Source of the DNA: Carcharhinus longimanus
Taxonomy: Eukaryota
Assembly: GCA_030264375.1 (NCBI GenBank)
Contig: JASCQW010000081.1
Coordinates: forward strand, 49,871,772-49,935,771
Length of the DNA: 64,000 bases
Direction of reading: 5' to 3'
The notes beneath the pieces were generated by a model. It saw nothing but the letters and a program-made list of their open reading frames with translations, did no database searches and had not been told where the DNA came from. The position numbers and the translations under genes were made by a program. Positions 62,101 to 64,000 of the stretch are shown in pieces (the first letter of the stretch is position 1; the number at the start of each line of letters is the position of its first letter).

Positions 62101-62606
62101 TAGGAAATATTATAGGTTTTGTGTACTCATAGTGGCTTGCACTGCACTCAAATGCGTGTACTAAGCACATGCATTTCAAATTTGGGATACCACATAGTTA
62201 TTTTCATTTGGCCAAATGTTAGAATGCCATTATCACTCCTATACAGGGCAGCTAACACAGCACAGAACAGTGATCAAGCCAGGGTTCATTCTGACATGTA
62301 GGGTTTGTTGAATTCAGCCACTGAGCTAGCATTGTAAAATCTACAATAGGTTTCCATCAGTAGAAAGCTCACCTCGCCCAAGAAAATGGAGCAGAAGACT
62401 TTGGGCCAACAACATTTGACCAGATCTCAGTGTGCAGCCCCAGCCACAGTCTGTTGTAAGTGTGCATCCTTTTAACTGTGGGAACTCACGGCGGTACGTC
62501 AGCCAGATTCTAGTGATGAAGTCCTTACGGAATTGATTCACATTAGACAAAACTGCTTCAGTGCTTGCAGCTGTATCTGTGCAGCCTGATGCACTCTCAG
62601 CCGTTC
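31979..62606 (-). CDS. ATG4C: ATG4C autophagy-related cysteine protease (peptidase C54), 5'-partial; 8 coding exons in window: 62606-62373, 61742-61388, 57988-57918, 55847-55702, 50489-50411, 39244-39168, 37634-37515, 32158-31979
   Basis: Exons found by manual translation. All have AG acceptors and GT donors, and the phases chain (1,1,2,1,0,1,0,0) into one open frame of 1262 nt ending in TAA. The motifs [50 protein letters not shown] and terminal EEFVLL match ATG4C rather than ATG4D (which as I recall has GCMLR, KPRHS, YLDPH, EDFVFL). Confidence 0.96.
32998..33020. repeat. (GA)n microsatellite
   Basis: agagagagagagagaaagaa. Confidence 0.8.
35052..35068 (-). promoter_or_regulatory. CTCF-binding motif in the last ATG4C intron
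   Basis: Minus strand reads CACCAGCAGGTGGCAA, matching the CTCF core CCASYAGRKGGCR; it sits in non-repetitive sequence. Confidence 0.55.
35290..35620 (+). mobile_element. Old CR1 LINE 3' fragment
   Basis: accagggggtacaagttacaa...aggcagaactttttcaccaaaaaggtt; tail ttcttatgttct. Confidence 0.75.
37515..37634 (-). CDS. ATG4C: ATG4C exon (120 nt): [40 protein letters not shown]
   Basis: Read directly. Acceptor tcttttcag|TC, donor AAG|gtgtgt; [10 protein letters not shown] motif. Confidence 0.95.
38569..39037. mobile_element. PIF/Harbinger-like MITE
   Basis: Imperfect TIRs gggcaaaattttaccagc / gctggtaaattcccagct; 3-bp TSD GTA. Confidence 0.6.
39168..39244 (-). CDS. ATG4C: ATG4C exon (77 nt) containing catalytic Asp/His: [26 protein letters not shown]
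   Basis: Acceptor ccttcaag|AT, donor GAG|gtgaag; within ORF 39111..39311(-); DPH motif. Confidence 0.95.
39930..41390 (+). mobile_element. CR1 LINE remnant including ORF1 SGNH-esterase and ORF2 endonuclease/tether pieces
   Basis: [29 protein letters not shown] and [22 protein letters not shown] (ORF1 esterase); [11 protein letters not shown] (ORF2); multiple stops and deletions. Confidence 0.85.
41392..41790 (+). mobile_element. RTE/BovB-type LINE fragment
   Basis: ORF 41417..41710 [46 protein letters not shown], then [10 protein letters not shown]. Confidence 0.8.
41912..42225 (-). mobile_element. tRNA-derived SINE (HE1-like)
   Basis: caatttagcatggccaatccacctaacctgcacat...ccctggcactgtgaggcagcagtgctaacca. 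Confidence 0.85.
42420..43420 (+). mobile_element. CR1 LINE ORF1/ORF2-start remnant (second copy)
   Basis: gattccaggatggtacgttgcctccctggtgccagggtcaag ([14 protein letters not shown]); endonuclease start YFNAGSL...TETWL. Confidence 0.75.
43922..44190. mobile_element. Rearranged RTE-type fragment: minus-strand copy of the 41392 element joined to plus-strand [21 protein letters not shown]
   Basis: ORF 43422..43985(-) begins [20 protein letters not shown]; the + strand from ~44080 translates to a typical RTE RT segment. Confidence 0.75.
44270..46180 (+). mobile_element. Fragmented CR1 ORF2 with nested SINE (~45030-45265, minus)
   Basis: [16 protein letters not shown] and [14 protein letters not shown] motifs; SINE core atttagcatggccaatcacctaatctgcat. 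Confidence 0.75.
46488..47178. mobile_element. PIF/Harbinger-like MITE inserted in a CR1-type 3' end
   Basis: Termini ..gattctccc / gggagaatcccaccc; TSD GTG; the host repeat resumes (tactgcag..ttcaagaaggcagc) after the insert. Confidence 0.7.
47530..48700 (-). mobile_element. Old internally deleted CR1-clade LINE
   Basis: Reverse-complement similarity to the element at 12985-13405 and to its 5' motif (ggagtcacat..gaccaggtaagg..) also seen at ~36880-37100. Confidence 0.5.
50411..50489 (-). CDS. ATG4C: ATG4C exon (79 nt): [26 protein letters not shown]
   Basis: Read directly. Acceptor ttttggaaaag|GGG, donor CAAG|gtttgt; GIIGGKP regulatory-loop motif. Confidence 0.94.
50900..51910 (-). mobile_element. 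CR1 LINE ORF2 fragment
   Basis: [43 protein letters not shown]. Confidence 0.88.
51922..53174 (-). mobile_element. Decayed pogo/Tigger-superfamily DNA transposon (transposase pseudogene ~52875-52280)
   Basis: Across frameshifts the minus strand reads [103 protein letters not shown]. This is a Brinker-type DBD, CENP-B HTH and the start of DDE_1. Terminal coordinates are tentative. Confidence 0.85.
55702..55847 (-). CDS. ATG4C: ATG4C exon (146 nt): [49 protein letters not shown]
   Basis: Acceptor ctttttcag|TT, donor AAG|gtaatg; PVRLGGE motif. Confidence 0.95.
56285..56632 (-). mobile_element. tRNA-derived SINE (HE1-like) carrying a templated insertion
   Basis: catatagaatccctacagtgcagaaggaggccattc...gggagaatgtgcaaactccac...tgtgaggtagcagtg. 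Confidence 0.85.
57190..57340. repeat. Old palindromic MITE
   Basis: cccaattcacaccccaact vs agttgggtgtaaattggg around a central ..acttcactgga.. Confidence 0.5.
57918..57988 (-). CDS. ATG4C: ATG4C exon (71 nt): [23 protein letters not shown]
   Basis: Too short for the ORF track; read directly. Acceptor ttgcttag|G, donor ACGG|gtgagt; conserved YVAQDCT motif. Confidence 0.94.
58455..59205. repeat. 85-bp inverted duplication (58455-58539 / 59121-59205)
   Basis: 82/85 identity by manual alignment, ungapped; 581-bp spacer. Confidence 0.95.
59500..60830 (+). mobile_element. Degenerate CR1-clade LINE ORF2 plus 3' UTR
   Basis: Remnants of the KIAQVCP..NPxNYRP and QFGFR RT motifs; 3' end cagtagttcaaggagaaggtctaccatcaccttctcaagg shared with the 13300 copy. 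Confidence 0.7.
61388..61742 (-). CDS. ATG4C: ATG4C exon (355 nt): DWFWPDAL...[47 protein letters not shown]
   Basis: Acceptor ccttgcag|AT, donor TTAAG|gtgagc; matches ORF 61384..61716(-). Confidence 0.95.
62373..62606 (-). CDS. ATG4C: ATG4C exon (234 nt) containing the catalytic Cys: ...[53 protein letters not shown]
   Basis: Acceptor tttccag|GA, donor CGAG|gtgagc; lies within ORF 62341..62754(-); DCGWGC motif of the C54 family. Confidence 0.96.
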
Positions 62607-63594
62607 CTGGAAAGTTCAAACAGCAAAACATTAAATAAAAGTCCCTGAAGCGCTTAGTTATAATAAACTGACAGACACAGACAAGGTGTTTTATTCTGTC
62701 TGTAGAGGGATGCAAGCAAGAGTTGAATGGTGGAGAATGAGGATGGATGAACATTTGAGACTTGCTTGATTATCTTTGGGGATCAGGGACTATTTATGCA
62801 GAAACTTCCTTCAATAGACTAAATAGATTGGATACAGGCTATGACAGGGTGTAGTGTACCTGGTATGTGAAAAGAATGAGACTGATGTGCCAAATTACAT
62901 TTTCTTACATTTGAATTACTATTGACTGAAAAGTACTTGGTTGGCAAAACAAAAAAAAGTTTCACTGTAGATGTTGTGTATTGTATATAACAAAACCAAC
63001 ATTATCTGGGAATACCATGGCAAACTATTTCCTTGTCTTTCGATCAAATTTCCTCTCTGGTTTCTCTCTCATATCACCTATGCTAAAGGATTTGATTCAA
63101 TCTGAGATACAGGTTCGCAAGTGGCCACATCTTTGTAGTACAATATCCAAGTTGCTGCAGCAATTCCATTAACATGCAGCATCCTGCAGAAGTTACACTT
63201 TTCAGCAAGATACCACAAATTCAAATTTATCTACAAGTCTAGCAGCACCAATGCAATTCAATGATAAACCCGATTCACTGGATGCTCTTGTACATTTGAA
63301 GATTAGTGCCCTCCTATTGTCAGGCAGGAGGGGTAGTCATCCCTGGATATATCTATTGTTGCAATTAACAGACTGGCTTTATGAAATAGATGACTGCTGT
63401 CTATCTCTAGCACCAATGAAACAACTCGCAAGCAAACAGTTTTTCTCTCCCTTACTTAGGCAGAAATGTAACTTTAAAAAATTTGCTTTTTTAAAAACAC
63501 AAATATTGAAAACACACTTTAAGACAAAAAAATCCTCTAAACTTTCCTTCCCCTGTAGTTGACTGATCTACTATAATATACTAACAACAGAAAG

Positions 63595-63770
63595 AATGCA
63601 CTTGCATCTATTCAGTACCATATGAGAGAACAAGTCGTCAAAGTGCTTCAAGGCCAAAGAATTACTTTTGAAGACTAGTTAATGCTATAGTTTAGGGAAA
63701 TGTGGTAACTAATTTGTGCTCAGCAAACTGCCACAAACAGCAATTTGATAAATGACCAGTTCATCTGTTT
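63595..63770 (-). mobile_element. Deu-domain SINE 3' part
   Basis: gtcgtcaaagtgcttca..aattacttttgaag..gggaaatgtggtaactaatttgtgctcagcaaactgccacaaacagcaatttgataaatgaccag. Confidence 0.7.
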
Positions 63771-64000
63771 CTGGCAGATGGGACTTCAGCAGAACATATC
63801 TTCTCAAAGATTATTTTCAACAAGCGGCACTCGATATCTCCATGGGATGAGGAGAAGGGAGAGATTAATTCTGCATTAATACAGGGGCCGTCATTATCAA
63901 ATAAGAAATAATTAACAGCGCAGGACATAATTTGGAAACACAAATCATTTGGGTGCAAATAGGAAAAACACAGAGTGGGATTTTACAGTCTAGCTCATTC

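Noticed and set aside
62607-64000. Search for the upstream ATG4C exons (N-terminus, SPV.LLGKCY motif)
   Set aside because: Not found on the minus strand here; they must lie beyond the window.
1-64000. CRISPR array, operon or other prokaryotic-type system
   Set aside because: No regularly spaced direct repeats and no long intact ORFs; the sequence is intron- and TE-rich vertebrate DNA.

Overview
Eukaryotic genomic DNA from a gapped assembly (about a dozen N-runs), almost certainly a cartilaginous fish (shark). That assignment rests on the repeat content: CR1 LINEs, HE1-like tRNA SINEs, Deu-domain SINEs, LF-SINEs and Penelope-like palindromes. The only host gene I can support is ATG4C (autophagy cysteine protease) on the minus strand. 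Eight coding exons run from 62606 down to the stop at 31979. All have GT-AG boundaries, the phases are compatible, and the catalytic Cys/Asp/His and the C-terminal LIR (EEFVLL) are intact. The N-terminal exons lie beyond the right edge. Bases 1 to ~31700 are gene-free. By vertebrate synteny (from memory) this is the start of the ATG4C-FOXD3 regulatory desert, and it holds several repeat-free, motif-dense blocks that look like conserved non-coding elements. Other points of interest: four local inverted duplications of different ages (28 bp at 100%, 85 bp at 96%, 147 bp at 88%, ~180 bp RTE-derived), a ~190-bp palindrome, a strong CTCF motif facing the desert, a decayed pogo transposase and a Vingi-like LINE remnant. 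I found no prokaryotic-type system, CRISPR array or convincing novel protein-coding gene. Repeat coordinates are approximate, and family names come from recalled consensus similarity, not from a search.
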